Positions 18,626-36,843 of a stretch of DNA of 64,000 nucleotides are shown one piece after another; the stretch's first letter is position 1; each line of letters opens with the position of its first letter. The translations under genes were made by a program, and so were the position numbers. The notes beneath the pieces are model-generated. The model was not told where the DNA came from. It ran no database searches and saw only the letters and a list, made by a program, of their open reading frames with translations. Location: NCBI RefSeq assembly GCF_009914755.1, contig NC_060948.1; one strand, 5' to 3'. Origin of the DNA: the human T2T-CHM13v2.0 reference genome, Homo sapiens.

Positions 18626-20752
18626 AGATCCATATTTTTTAAATGAAAAAAAATTTCAAAGGTACTCTGCTTGGTACAATAATCAAATGTATAAACTGAG
18701 GAATAAAACATAACCATGAAACCTACTTATAACTGCATATGGAAAATACAGAGGATAATTTTTTAAATAACATATTTTGAAAGCCTTAACTAGTAATTTG
18801 AAGAGCTGGCATTTGAAAGGCCAGTATGAATATACCTTCAAATCAGCAACACAGGTTCCCCATGAGAAAAAGCAAACACAGGGAAAATAAAAACACAAAG
18901 GTTCAATCTCTTCTGACCTTTGAAAGACACAGCACAGACAGTGGTCCTTAGGACGAAGAGCAGGAGACCCCTAATTCCGTCACCATGGCGATAGGGCATA
19001 AACATTGCTGGGTGAGGGCACAATCCACATTGTGAGGTCCAACTGCTGCCAGGAAGACAGGAGTGCTTTTACATAGACCGAAAGGTCATTGAAGGCTCAG
19101 AGTTTTGTTTCAAGAACTGAATCCCAAGCCCACACGTTATTAGGCTGCGCTTCTTAAAACAAGTTATGAGATGGGAAAAAGGGCACCCACAAACATACGT
19201 ATACATTATGTATATAATAATATACAGTATCATATATATAATATATATAACCTATGTATAATATTGTTTTACATCCTGCATCTTATGTTATATATATTGT
19301 ATAAAATATAATAATTGATAATATATAAGTTTTATAATTATACGATATGACATATAGTATATATTATAATTTATGACATATATAATATATGTTATATATC
19401 ATATGTAGAATATATTATACGGTTAATATACGTATTAAATATAAATTATACATTATATATATTATATATAATATATCTGTTATATATAATACCCATTATG
19501 CATAATATATATATTATGTCTATGTTATATATAGTATAAAACAACATATAATAATATATAATTGTATATATAAAATGCGACATATAATATATATTATATT
19601 TTATAACATATGTAATATATATTATATATTATATATAATACGTTGTATGTATAATACCTATATTAAATATATATTATATGACTATGTTATTAATTACATA
19701 TCACATGTGTTATATATTATATATTTTACATAGAATATACCGGTTACATACAATATATACTATGTTACCTATAATGTGTAATTTATTACATGTAAAATAA
19801 AGAATGCAATATATTATGTATAATTTATAATATACAATATGTGGAATGTGATATATATAACATATAATATATGATATATGATATACAGTATATGATATAT
19901 AACATACAAAATATGATTCCTAATATATATGGTATACAATATATATTTTATGATATGTATTCTATATGTTTTATATTCTGTTATATATAACTATTTGAAA
20001 TTATATATAACTGTATAATATTTTATGTAAATATGTAATATAATATATATAACTATATAATATATTATAGATAACTATATATTATGTTATATATACTTTT
20101 ATAACATAATTTACATAAAATATCATAATATAATATATATTATATTATTTCATATTATATAATATATATTACATATCACCCAATATAACTAACATACATA
20201 ATATTATAATATAGATTATATTGTGTTATATTAAATATCATATATATCATGTATCATATATTCTATAATATATATTACACATTATATAATATGTATGTTG
20301 TCTATTATGTGATATATATAACTATATATATAATTATATTTTTATACATATAACTAGATAAACATGTAATTCTACATATTTTCATTTATAATATGTAGAA
20401 TTATATAATCATATATAATTATTTATATTCTATAAAAATTTTATCATTATATAAATTATAATATATAAAAATTATAATATGTACTACAAATATATATATT
20501 ATATATCATATATGATATAGTACCTTTGTTATATATCATAATACATATAAATGTGTATTATGTTATCTATAATTATATAATTTCATATATAAGATGTATA
20601 ATATGTATCATATATTATATATGTTATGTAATATATATAGTATATATAAGATGACACAGGATAAATATTATATACTATGACATATAAAATATATCAGGTT
20701 ATATGTTACATATAAGGCATAGCACATAACATGTAATATGTATCATATATAA

Positions 20753-21044
20753 TTTTTTTTTAGACAGAATCTTGTCGTGTTGCACAGGGTGGGGTACAAT
20801 GGCGCCATCTTTGCTCACTGCAACTTCTGCCTCATGGGTCCAAGCGATTGTCCTCCCTCAGCCTCCCAGGTAGCTGGGACTACACCACACTGGGACTACA
20901 CCAGCTGCCACCATGCCTAGCTAATTTTTTGTATTTTTAGTAGTGACAGCGTTTCACTGTATTGGCCAGTATGGTCTTGATCTCTTCACCTTGTGATCCC
21001 CTTGCCTTGGCCTCCAAATTTGCTGGGATTACAGGCCTGAGCCA
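20753..21044 (-). mobile_element. Alu in DYZ2 unit 9
   Basis: Same motifs as the unit 5 Alu. Confidence 0.93.
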
Positions 21045-23149
21045 AGATCCATATTTTTTAAATGAAAAAAAATTTCAAAGGTACTCTGCTTGGTACAATA
21101 ATCAAATGTATAAACTGAGGAATAAAACATAACCATGAAACCTACTTATAACTGCATATGGAAAATACAGAGGATAATTTTTTAAATAACATATTTTGAA
21201 AGCCTTAACTAGTAATTTGAAGAGTTGGCATTTGAAAGGCCAGTATGAATATACCTTCAAAGCAGCAACACAGGTTCCCCATGAGAAAAAGCAAACACAG
21301 GGAAAATAAAAACACAAAGGTTCAATCTCTTCTGACCTTTGAAAGACACAGCACAGACAGTGGTCCTTAGGACGAAGAGCAGGAGACCCCTAATTCCGTC
21401 ACCATGGCGATAGGGCATAAACATTGCTGGGTGAGGGCACAATCCACATTGTGAGGTCCAACTGCTGCCAGGAAGACAGGAGTGCTTTTACATAGACCGA
21501 AAGGTCATTGAAGGCTCAGAGTTTTGTTTCAAGAACTGAATCCCAAGCCCACACGTTATTAGGCTGCGCTTCTTAAAACAAGTTATGAGATGGGAAAAAG
21601 GGCACCCACAAACATACGTATACATTATGTATATAATAATATACAGTGTCATATATTTAATATATATAACCTATGTATAATATTGTTTTACATCCTGCAT
21701 CTTATGTTATATATATTGTATAAAATATAATAATTGATAATATATAAGTTTTATAATTATACAATATGACATATAGTATATATTATAATTTATGACATAT
21801 ATAATATATGTTATATGTCATATATAGAATATATTATACGGTTAATATACGTATTAAATATAAATTATACATTATATATATTATATATAATATATCTGTT
21901 ATATATAATACCCATTATGCATAATATATATATTATGTCTATGTTATATATAGTATAAAACAACATATAATAATATATAATTGTATATATAAAATGCGAC
22001 ATATAATATATATTATATTTTATAACATATGTAATTTATATTATATATTATATATAATACGTTGTATGTATAATACCTATATTAAATATATATTATATGA
22101 CTATGTTATTAATTACATGTCACATGTGTTATATATTATATATTTTACATAGAATATACCGGTTACATACAATATATACTATGTTACCTATAATGTATAA
22201 TTTATTACATGTAAAATAAAGAATGCAATATATTATGTATAATTTATAATATACCATATGTGGAATGTGATATATATAACATATAATATATGATATATGA
22301 TATACAGTATATGATATATAACATACAATATATGATTCCTAATATATATTGTATACAATATATATTTTATGATATGTATTCTATATGTTTTATATTCTGT
22401 TATATATAACTATTTGAAATTATATATAACTGTATAATATTTTAGGTAAATATGTAATATAATATATATAACTATATAATATATTACATATAACTATATA
22501 TTATGTTATATATACTTTTATAACATAATTTACATAAAATATCATAATGTAATATATATTATATTATTTCATATTACATAATATATATTACATATCACCC
22601 AATATAACTAACATACATAATATTATAATATAGATTATATTGTGTTATATTAAATATCATATATATCATGTATCATATATTATATAATATATATTACACA
22701 TTATATAATATGTATGTTGTCTATTATGTGATATATATAACTATATATATAATTATATTTTTATACATATAACTAGATAAACATGTAATTCTACATATTT
22801 TCATTTATAATATGTAGAATTATATAATCATATATAATTATTTATATTCTATAAAAAATTTTATCATAATATAAATTATAATATATAAAAATTATAATAT
22901 GTACTACAAATATATATATTATATATCATATATGATATAGTACCTTTGTTATATATCATAATACATATAAATGTGTATTATGTTATCTATAATTATATAA
23001 TTTCATATATAAGATGTATAATATGTATCATATATTATATATGTTATGTAATATATATAGTATATATAAGATGACACAGGATAAATATTATATACTATGA
23101 CATATAAAATATATGAGGTTATATGTTACATATAAGGCATAGCACATAA

Positions 23150-23464
<315 letters not shown>

Positions 23465-25591
23465 AGATCCATATTTTTTAAATGAAAAAAAATTTCAAAG
23501 GTACTCTGCTTGGTACAATAATCAAATGTATAAACTGAGGAATAAAACATAACCATGAAACCTACTTATAACTGCATATGGAAAATACAGAGGATAATTT
23601 TTTAAATAACATATTTTGAAAGCCTTAACTAGTAATTTGAAGAGCTGGCATTTGAAAGGCCAGTATGAATATACCTTCAAATCAGCAACACAGGTTCCCC
23701 ATGAGAAAAAGCAAACACAGGGAAAATAAAAACACAAAGGTTCAATCTCTTCTGACCTTTGAAAGACACAGCACAGACAGTGGTCCTTAGGACGAAGAGC
23801 AGGAGACCCCTAATTCCGTCACCATGGCGATAGGGCATAAACATTGCTGGGTGAGGGCACAATCCACATTGTGAGGTCCAACTGCTGCCAGGAAGACAGG
23901 AGTGCTTTTACATAGACCGAAAGGTCATTGAAGGCTCAGAGTTTTGTTTCAAGAACTGAATCCCAAGCCCACACGTTATTAGGCTGCGCTTCTTAAAACA
24001 AGTTATGAGATGGGAAAAAGGGCACCCACAAACATACGTATACATTATGTATATAATAATATACAGTGTCATATATTTAATATATATAACCTATGTATAA
24101 TATTGTTTTACATCCTGCATCTTATGTTATATATATTGTATAAAATATAATAATTGATAATATATAAGTTTTATAATTATACAATATGACATATAGTATA
24201 TATTATAATTTATGACATATATAATATATGTTATATGTCATATATAGAATATATTATACGGTTAATATACGTATTAAATATAAATTATACATTATATATA
24301 TTATATATAATATATCTGTTATATATAATACCCATTATGCATAATATATATATTATGTCTATGTTATATATAGTATAAAACAACATATAATAATATATAA
24401 TTGTATATATAAAATGCGACATATAATATATATTATATTTTATAACATATGTAATTTATATTATATATTATATATAATACGTTGTATGTATAATACCTAT
24501 ATTAAATATATATTATATGACTATGTTATTAATTACATGTCACATGTGTTATATATTATATATTTTACATAGAATATACCGGTTACATACAATATATACT
24601 ATGTTACCTATAATGTATAATTTATTACATGTAAAATAAAGAATGCAATATATTATGTATAATTTATAATATACCATATGTGGAATGTGATATATATAAC
24701 ATATAATATATGATATATGATATACAGTATATGATATATAACATACAATATATGATTCCTAATATATATTGTATACAATATATATTTTATGATATGTATT
24801 CTATATGTTTTATATTCTGTTATATATAACTATTTGAAATTATATATAACTGTATAATATTTTATGTAAATATGTAATATAATATATATAACTATATAAT
24901 ATATTACATATAACTATATATTATGTTATATATACTTTTATAACATAATTTACATAAAATATCATAATGTAATATATATTATATTATTTCATATTACATA
25001 ATATATATTACATATCACCCAATATAACTAACATACATAATATTATAATATAGATTATATTGTGTTATATTAAATATCATATATATCATGTATCATATAT
25101 TCTATAATATATATTACACATTATATAATATGTATGTTGTCTATTATGTGATATATATAACTATATATATAATTATATTTTTATACATATAACTAGATAA
25201 ACATGTAATTCTACATATTTTCATTTATAATATGTAGAATTATATAATCATATATAATTATTTATATTCTATAAAAATTTTATCATTATATAAATTATAA
25301 TATATAAAAATTATAATATGTACTACAAATATATATATTATATATCATATATGATATAGTACCTTTGTTATATATCATAATACATATAAATGTGTATTAT
25401 GTTATCTATAATTATATAATTTCATATATAAGATGTATAATATGTATCATATATTATATATGTTATGTAATATATATAGTATATATAAGATGACACAGGA
25501 TAAATATTATATACTATGACATATAAAATATATCAGGTTATATGTTACATATAAGGCATAGCACATAACATGTAATATGTATCATATATAA

Positions 25592-25883
25592 TTTTTTTTT
25601 AGACAGAATCTTGTCGTGTTGCACAGGGTGGGGTACAATGGCGCCATCTTTGCTCACTGCAACTTCTGCCTCATGGGTCCAAGCGATTGTCCTCCCTCAG
25701 CCTCCCAGGTAGCTGGGACTACACCACACTGGGACTACACCAGCTGCCACCATGCCTAGCTAATTTTTTGGATTTTTAGTAGTGACAGCGTTTCACTGTA
25801 TTGGCCAGGATGGTCTTGATCTCTTCACCTTGTGATCCCCTTGCCTTGGCCTCCAAATTTGCTGGGATTACAGGCCTGAGCCA
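25592..25883 (-). mobile_element. Alu in DYZ2 unit 11
   Basis: Same motifs as the unit 5 Alu. Confidence 0.93.
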
Positions 25884-28011
25884 AGATCCATATTTTTTAA
25901 ATGAAAAAAAATTTCAAAGGTACTCTGCTTGGTACAATAATCAAATGTATAAACTGAGGAATAAAACATAACCATGAAACCTACTTATAACTGCATATGG
26001 AAAATACAGAGGATAATTTTTTAAATAACATATTTTGAAAGCCTTAACTAGTAATTTGAAGAGTTGGCATTTGAAAGGCCAGTATGAATATACCTTCAAA
26101 GCAGCAACACAGGTTCCCCATGAGAAAAAGCAAACACAGGGAAAATAAAAACACAAAGGTTCAATCTCTTCTGACCTTTGAAAGACACAGCACAGACAGT
26201 GGTCCTTAGGACGAAGAGCAGGAGACCCCTAATTCCGTCACCATGGCGATAGGGCATAAACATTGCTGGGTGAGGGCACAATCCACATTGTGAGGTCCAA
26301 CTGCTGCCAGGAAGACAGGAGTGCTTTTACATAGACCGAAAGGTCATTGAAGGCTCAGAGTTTTGTTTCAAGAACTGAATCCCAAGCCCACACGTTATTA
26401 GGCTGCGCTTCTTAAAACAAGTTATGAGATGGGAAAAAGGGCACCCACAAACATACGTATACATTATGTATATAATAATATACAGTGTCATATATTTAAT
26501 ATATATAACCTATGTATAATATTGTTTTACATCCTGCATCTTATGTTATATATATTGTATAAAATATAATAATTGATAATATATAAGTTTTATAATTATA
26601 CAATATGACATATAGTATATATTATAATTTATGACATATATAATATATGTTATATGTCATATATAGAATATATTATACGGTTAATATACGTATTAAATAT
26701 AAATTATACATTATATATATTATATATAATATATCTGTTATATATAATACCCATTATGCATAATATATATATTATGTCTATGTTATATATAGTATAAAAC
26801 AACATATAATAATATATAATTGTATATATAAAATGCGACATATAATATATATTATATTTTATAACATATGTAATTTATATTATATATTATATATAATACG
26901 TTGTATGTATAATACCTATATTAAATATATATTATATGACTATGTTATTAATTACATGTCACATGTGTTATATATTATATATTTTACATAGAATATACCG
27001 GTTACATACAATATATACTATGTTACCTATAATGTATAATTTATTACATGTAAAATAAAGAATGCAATATATTATGTATAATTTATAATATACCATATGT
27101 GGAATGTGATATATATAACATATAATATATGATATATGATATACAGTATATGATATATAACATACAATATATGATTCCTAATATATATTGTATACAATAT
27201 ATATTTTATGATATGTATTCTATATGTTTTATATTCTGTTATATATAACTATTTGAAATTATATATAACTGTATAATATTTTATGTAAATATGTAATATA
27301 ATATATATAACTATATAATATATTACATATAACTATATATTATGTTATATATACTTTTATAACATAATTTACATAAAATATCATAATGTAATATATATTA
27401 TATTATTTCATATTACATAATATATATTACATATCACCCAATATAACTAACATACATAATATTATAACATAGATTATATTGTGTTATATTAAATATCATA
27501 TATATCATGTATCATATATTCTATAATATATATTACACATTATATAATATGTATGTTGTCTATTATGTGATATATATAACTATATATATAATTATATTTT
27601 TATACATATAACTAGATAAACATGTAATTCTACATATTTTCATTTATAATATGTAGAATTATATAATCATATATAATTATTTATATTCTATAAAAAATTT
27701 TATCATTATATAAATTATAATATATAAAAATTATAATATGTACTACAAATATATATATTATATATCATATATGATATAGTACCTTTGTTATATATCATAA
27801 TACATATAAATGTGTATTATGTTATCTATAATTATATAATTTCATATATAAGATGTATAATATGTATCATATATTATATATGTTATGTAATATATATAGT
27901 ATATATAAGATGACACAGGATAAATATTATATACTATGACATATAAAATATATCAGGTTATATGTTACATATAAGGCATAGCACATAACATGTAATATGT
28001 ATCATATATAA

Positions 28012-28303
28012 TTTTTTTTTAGACAGAATCTTGTCCTGTTGCACAGGGTGGGGTACAATGGCGCCATCTTTGCTCACTGCAACTTCTGCCTCATGGGTCC
28101 AAGCGATTGTCCTCCCTCAGCCTCCCAGGTAGCTGGGACTACACCACACTGGGACTACACCAGCTGCCACCATGCCTAGCTAATTTTTTGTATTTTTAGT
28201 AGTGACAGCGTTTCACTGTATTGGCCAGGATGGTCTTGATCTCTTCACCTTGTGATCCCCTTGCCTTGGCCTCCAAATTTGCTGGGATTACAGGCCTGAG
28301 CCA
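28012..28303 (-). mobile_element. Alu in DYZ2 unit 12
   Basis: Same motifs as the unit 5 Alu. Confidence 0.93.
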
Positions 28304-30408
28304 AGATCCATATTTTTTAAATGAAAAAAAATTTCAAAGGTACTCTGCTTGGTACAATAATCAAATGTATAAACTGAGGAATAAAACATAACCATGAAAC
28401 CTACTTATAACTGCATATGGAAAATACAGAGGATAATTTTTTAAATAACATATTTTGAAAGCCTTAACTAGTAATTTGAAGAGTTGGCATTTGAAAGGCC
28501 AGTATGAATATACCTTCAAAGCAGCAACACAGGTTCCCCATGAGAAAAAGCAAACACAGGGAAAATAAAAACACAAAGGTTCAATCACTTCTGACCTTTG
28601 AAAGACACAGCACAGACAGTGGTCCTTAGGACGAAGAGCAGGAGACCCCTAATTCCGTCACCATGGCGATAGGGCATAGACATTGCTGGGTGAGGGCACA
28701 ATCCACATTGTGAGGTCCAACTGCTGCCAGGAAGACAGGAGTGCTTTTACATAGACCGAAAGGTCATTGAAGGCTCAGAGTTTTGTTTCAAGAACTGAAT
28801 CCCAAGCCCACACGTTATTAGGCTGCGCTTCTTAAAACAAGTTATGAGATGGGAAAAAGGGCACCCACAAACATACGTATACATTATGTATATAATAATA
28901 TACAGTATCATATATATAATATATATAACCTATGTATAATATTGTTTTACATCCTGCATCTTATGTTATATATATTGTATAAAATATAATAATTGATAAT
29001 ATATAAGTTTTATAATTATACAATATGACATATGGTATATATTATAATTTATGACATATATAATATATGTTATATATCATATGTAGAATATATTATACGG
29101 TTTATATACGTATTAAATATAAATTATACATTATATATATTATATATAATATATCTGTTATATATAATACCCATTATGCATAATATATATATTATGTCTA
29201 TGTTATATATAGTATAAAACAACATATAATAATATATAATTGTATATATAAAATGCGACATATAATATATATTATATTTTATAACATATGTAATTTATAC
29301 TATATATTATATATAATACGTTGTATGTATAATACCTATATTAAATATATATTATATGACTATGTTATTAATTACATGTCACATGTGTTATATATTATAT
29401 ATTTTACATAGAATATACCGGTTACATACAATATATACTATGTTACCTATAATGTGTAATTTATTACATGTAAAATAAAGAATGCAATATATTATGTATA
29501 ATTTATAATATACAATATGTGGAATGTGATATATATAACATATAATATATGATACATGATATACAGTATATGATATATAACATACAATATATGATTCCTA
29601 ATATATATGGTATACAATATATATTTTATGATATGTATTCTATATGTTTTATATTCTGTTATATATAACTATTTGAAATTATATATAACTGTATAATATT
29701 TTATGTAAATATGTAATATAATATATATAACTATATAATATATTATATATAACTATATATTTTGTTATATATACTTTTATAACATAATTTACATAAAATA
29801 TCATAATATAATATATATTATATTATTTCATATTACATAATATATATTACATATCACCCAATATAACTAACATACATAATATTATAATATAGATTATATT
29901 ATGTTATATTAAATATCATATATATCATGTATCATATATTCTATAATATATATTACACTTTATATAATATGGATGTTGTCTATTATGTGATATATATATC
30001 TATATATATAATTATATTTTTATACATATAACTAGATAAACATGTAATTCTACATATTTTCATTTATAATATGTAGAATTATATAATCATATATAATTAT
30101 TTATATTCTATAAAAAATTTTATCATTATATAAATTATAATATATAAAAATTATAATATGTACTACAAATATATATATTATATATCATATATGATATAGT
30201 ACCTTTGTTATATATCATAATACATGTAAATGTGTATTATGTTATCTATAATTATATAATTTCATATATAAGATATATAATATGTATCATATATTATATA
30301 TGTTATGTAATATATATAGTATATATAAGATGACACAGGATAAATATTATATACTATGACATATAAAATATATGAGGTTATATGTTACATATAAGGCATA
30401 GCACATAA

Positions 30409-30723
<315 letters not shown>

Positions 30724-32847
30724 AGATCCATATTTTTTAAATGAAAAAAAATTTCAAAGGTACTCTGCTTGGTACAATAATCAAATGTATAAACTGAGGA
30801 ATAAAACATAACCATGAAACCTACTTATAACTGCATATGGAAAATACAGAGGATAATTTTTTAAATAACATATTTTGAAAGCCTTAACTAGTAATTTGAA
30901 GAGTTGGCATTTGAAAGGCCAGTATGAATGTACCTTCAAAGCAGCAACACAGGTTCCCCATGAGAAAAAGCAAACACAGGGAAAATAAAAACACAAAGGT
31001 TCAATCTCTTCTGACCTTTGAAAGACACAGCACAGACAGTGGTCCTTAGGACGAAGAGCAGGAGACCCCTAATTCCGTCACCATGGCGATAGGGCATAAA
31101 CATTGCTGGGTGAGGGCACAATCCACATTGTGAGGTCCAACTGCTGCCAGGAAGACAGGAGTGCTTTTACATAGACCGAAAGGTCATTGAAGGCTCAGAG
31201 TTTTGTTTCAAGAACTGAATCCCAAGCCCACACGTTATTAGGCTGCGCTTCTTAAAACAAGTTATGAGATGGGAAAAAGGGCACCCACAAACATACGTAT
31301 ACATTATGTATAATAATATACAGTATCATATATATAATATATATAAACTATGTATAATATTGTTTTACATCCTGCATCTTATGTTATATATATTGTATAA
31401 AATATAATAATTGATAATATATAAGTTTTATATTTATACAATATGACATATAGTATATATTATAATTTATGACATTTATAATATATGTTATATATCATAT
31501 ATAGAATATATTATACGGTTAATATACGTATTAAATATAAATTATACATTATATATATTATATATAATATATCTGTTATATATAATACCCATTATGCATA
31601 ATATATATATTATGTCTATGTTATATATAGTATAAAACAACATATAATAATATATAATTGTATATATAAAATGCGACATATAATATATATTATATTTTAT
31701 AACATATGTAATATATATTATATATTATATATAATACGTTGTATGTATAATACCTATATTAAATATATATTATATGACTATGTTATTAATTACATGTCAC
31801 ATGTGTTATATATTATATATTTTACATAGAATATACCGGTTACATACAATATATACTATGTTACCTATAATGTATAATTTATTACATGTAAAATAAAGAA
31901 TGCAATATATTATGTATAATTTATAATATACAATATGTGGAATGTGATATATATAACATATAATATATGATATATGATATACAGTATATGATATATAACA
32001 TACAATATATGATTCCTAATATATATGGTATACAATAAATATTTTATGATATGTATTCTATATGTTTTATATTCTGTTATATATAACTATTTGAAATTAT
32101 ATATAACTGTATAATATTTTATGTAAATATGTAATATAATATATATAACTATATAATATATTATATATAACTATATATTATGTTATATATACTTTTATAA
32201 CATAATGTACATAAAATATCATAATATAATATATACTATATTATTTCATATTACATATTATATATTACATATCACCCAATATAACTAACATACATAATAT
32301 TATAATATAGATTATATTATGTTATATTAAATATCATATATATCATGTATCATATATTCTATAATATATATTACACATTATATAATATGTATGTTGTCTA
32401 TTATGTGATATATATAACTATATATATAATTATATTTTTATACATATAACTAGATAAACATGAAATTCTACATATTTTCATTTATAATATGTAGAATTAT
32501 ATAATCATATATAATTATTTATATTCTATAAAAAATTTTATCATTATATAAATTATAATATATAAAAATTATAATATGTACTACAAATATATATATTATA
32601 TATCATATATGATATAGTACCTTTGTTATATATCATAATACATATAAATGTGTATTATGTTATCTATAATTATATAATTTCATATATAAGTTGTATAATA
32701 TGCATCATATATTATATATGTTATGTAATATATATAGTATATATAAGATGACAGGATAAATATTATATACTATGACATATAAAATATATCAGGTTATATG
32801 TTACATATAAGGCATAGCACATAACATGTAATATATATCATATATAA

Positions 32848-33139
32848 TTTTTTTTTAGACAGAATCTTGTCCTGTTGCACAGGGTCGGGTACAATGGCGC
32901 CATGTTTGCTCACTGCAACTTCTGCCTCACGGGTCCAAGCGATTGTCCTCCCTCAGCCTCCCAGGTAGCTGGGACTACACCACACTGGGACTACACCAGC
33001 TGCCACCATGCCTAGCTAATTTTTTGTATTTTTAGTAGTGACAGCGTTTCACTGTATTGGCCAGGATGGTCTTGATCTCTTCACCTTGTGATCCCCTTGC
33101 CTTGGCCTCCAAATTTGCTGGGATTACAGGCCTGAGCCA
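32848..33139 (-). mobile_element. Alu in DYZ2 unit 14
   Basis: Same motifs as the unit 5 Alu, with a few private substitutions. Confidence 0.93.
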
Positions 33140-33719
33140 AGATCCATATTTTTTAAATGAAAAAAAATTTCAAAGGTACTCTGCTTGGTACAATAATCAA
33201 ATGTATAAACTGAGGAATAAAACATAACCATGAAACCTACTTATCACTGCATATGGAAAATACAGAGGATAATTTTTTAAATAACATATTTTGAAAGCCT
33301 TAACTAGTAATTTGAAGAGCTGGCATTTGAAAGGCCAGTATGAATATACCTTCAAAGCAGCAACACAGGTTCCCCATGAGAAAAAGCAAACACAGGGAAA
33401 ATAAAAACACAAAGGTTCAATCTCTTCTGACCTTTGAAAGACACAGCACAGACAGTGGTCCTTAGGACGAAGAGCAGGAGACCCCTAATTCCGTCACCAT
33501 GGCGATAGGGCATAAACATTGCTGGGTGAGGGCACAATCCACATTGTGAGGTCCAACTGCTGCCAGGAAGACAGGAGTGCTTTTACATAGACCGAAAGGT
33601 CATTGAAGGCTCAGAGTTTTGTTTCAAGAACTGAATCCCAAGCCCACACGTTATTAGGCTGCGCTTCTTAAAACAAGTTATGAGATGGGAAAAAGGGCAC
33701 CCACAAACATACGTATACA

Positions 33720-35000
33720 TTATGTATATAATAATATACAGTATCATATATATAATATATATAACCTATGTATAATATTGTTTTACATCCTGCATCTTAT
33801 GTTATATATATTGTATAAAATATAATAATTGATAATATATAAGTTTTATAATTATACAATATGACATATAGTATATATTATAATTTATGACATATATAAT
33901 ATATGTTATATGTCATATATAGAATATATTATACGGTTAATATACGTATTAAATATAAATTATACATTATATATATTATATATAATATATCTGTTATATA
34001 TAATACCCATTATGCATAATATATATATTATGTCTATGTTTTATATAGTATAAACCAACATATAATAATATATAATTGTATATATAAAATGTGACATATA
34101 ATATATATAATATTTTATGACATTTGTAACATGTATTATATATTATATATATTACGTTGTATGTATAATACCTATATTAAATATATATTATATGACGATG
34201 TTATTAATTACATGTCACATATGTTATATATTATATATTTTACATGGAATATACCGGTTACATATAATATATACTATGTTACCTATAATGTATAATTTAT
34301 TACCTGTAATATAATGAATGTCATATATTATATATAATTTATAATATACAATATGTGGAATGTGATATATATAACATATATGATATATGATATAAAGTAT
34401 ATGATATATAACATACAATATATGATACGTAATATATATGGTATACAATATATATTTTATGATATGTATTCTATATGTTTTATATTCTGTTATATATAAC
34501 TATTTGAAATTATATATAACTGTATAATATTTTATGTAAATATGTAATATAATATATATAACTATATAATATATTATATATAATTATATTTTATGTTATA
34601 TATACTTTTATAACATAATTTACATAAAATATAATAATATAAAATATATTATATTATTTCATATTACATAATATATATTCAATATCACCCAATATAAGTA
34701 ACATACATACTATTAAAATATAGATTATATTATGTTATATTAAATATCATTTATATCATGTATCCTATATTCTATAATATATATTATGCATTATATAATA
34801 TGCATGTTGTCTATTATGTGATATATATAACTATATATATAATTGTATTATTATACATATAACTATATAAACATGTAATTCTATATATTTTCATTTATAA
34901 TATATAGAATTATATAATCATAATTATTTATATTCTATAAAAAATTATATCATTATATAAATTATAATGAGATGGGAAATAGGGCACACACAAACATACG
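33720..35000. repeat. Internally deleted DYZ2 unit lacking the Alu and most of HSATI
   Basis: At 34968/34969 the AT block (...tataaattataat) joins directly to gagatgggaaatagggcac, the last ~35 bp of HSATI. Confidence 0.9.
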
Positions 35001-36528
35001 TATACATTATGTATATAATAATATACAGTATCATATATATAACATATATAACCTATGTATAATATTGTTTTACATCCTGCATCTTATATTATATATATTG
35101 TATATAATATAATAATTGATAATATATAAGTTTTATATTTATACAATATGACATATAATATATATTATATTTTATTACATATATAATATATATTATGTAT
35201 CATATATAATATATTATATGGTTAATATACGTATTAAATATAAAATATATATTATAAGTATTATATATAGTGTACCTAAGTTATATATAATATACCCTAT
35301 ATATAATATATATATTATGTCTATGTTATATATAGTATAAAACAACATATAATAATATATAATTTTATATATAAAATATGACATATAATATATATTATAT
35401 TTTATGACCTGTATAATTTATATTATATATTATATACAATACGTTGTATGTATAATATATATATTAAATATATATTATATGACTATGTTATTAATTATAT
35501 GTCATATATGTTGTATATTATATATTTTACATAGAATATACTGGTTATATATAATATATACTATGTTACCTATAATGTATAATTTATTACATATAATATA
35601 ATGTATGTCATATATTATATATAATTTATAATATACAATATGTGGAATATGATATATATAACATATAATATATGATATATGATATACAATATATGATATA
35701 TAATATACAATATATGATACATTATATATATGGTATACAATATATATTTTATGATATGTATTATATATGTTTTATATTATGTTATATATAAGTATGTGAA
35801 ATAATATATAACTGTATAATATTTTATGTAAATATGTAACATAATATATATAACTATGAAATATATTATATATAACTATAAATTATGTCTTATATAGTTT
35901 TATTACACTTTACATAAAATATCATAATATAATATATATTATATTATTTTATATTACATAATATATATTATATATCACCTAATATAAGTTACATACATAA
36001 TATTAAAATATAGATTATATTATGATGTATTAAATATCATATATATCATGTATCATATATTGTATAATATATATTATACATTTTATATTATATATGTTGT
36101 CTATTATGTGATATATATAATTATATATATAATTACATTATTATACATATAACTACATAAAGATGTAATTCCATATGTTTTCATTTACAGTATATATAAT
36201 TATATAATCATATATATTTATTTATATTCTAGAAAAAATTATATCATTATATAAATAATAATATATAAAAATTATAATATGTACTAAAATATATATATTA
36301 TATATCATATATGATATAGTATATTTGTTATATATCATATTACATATAACTATATATTATGTTATCTATAATAACATATTTTCATATATAAGATGTATAA
36401 TATGTATTATATATTATAAATGTTATGTAATATATATAGTATACATAAGATGACACAGGATAAATATTATATACTATGACATATAAAATATATGAGGTTA
36501 TATGTTACATATAAGGCATAGCACATAA

Positions 36529-36843
<315 letters not shown>

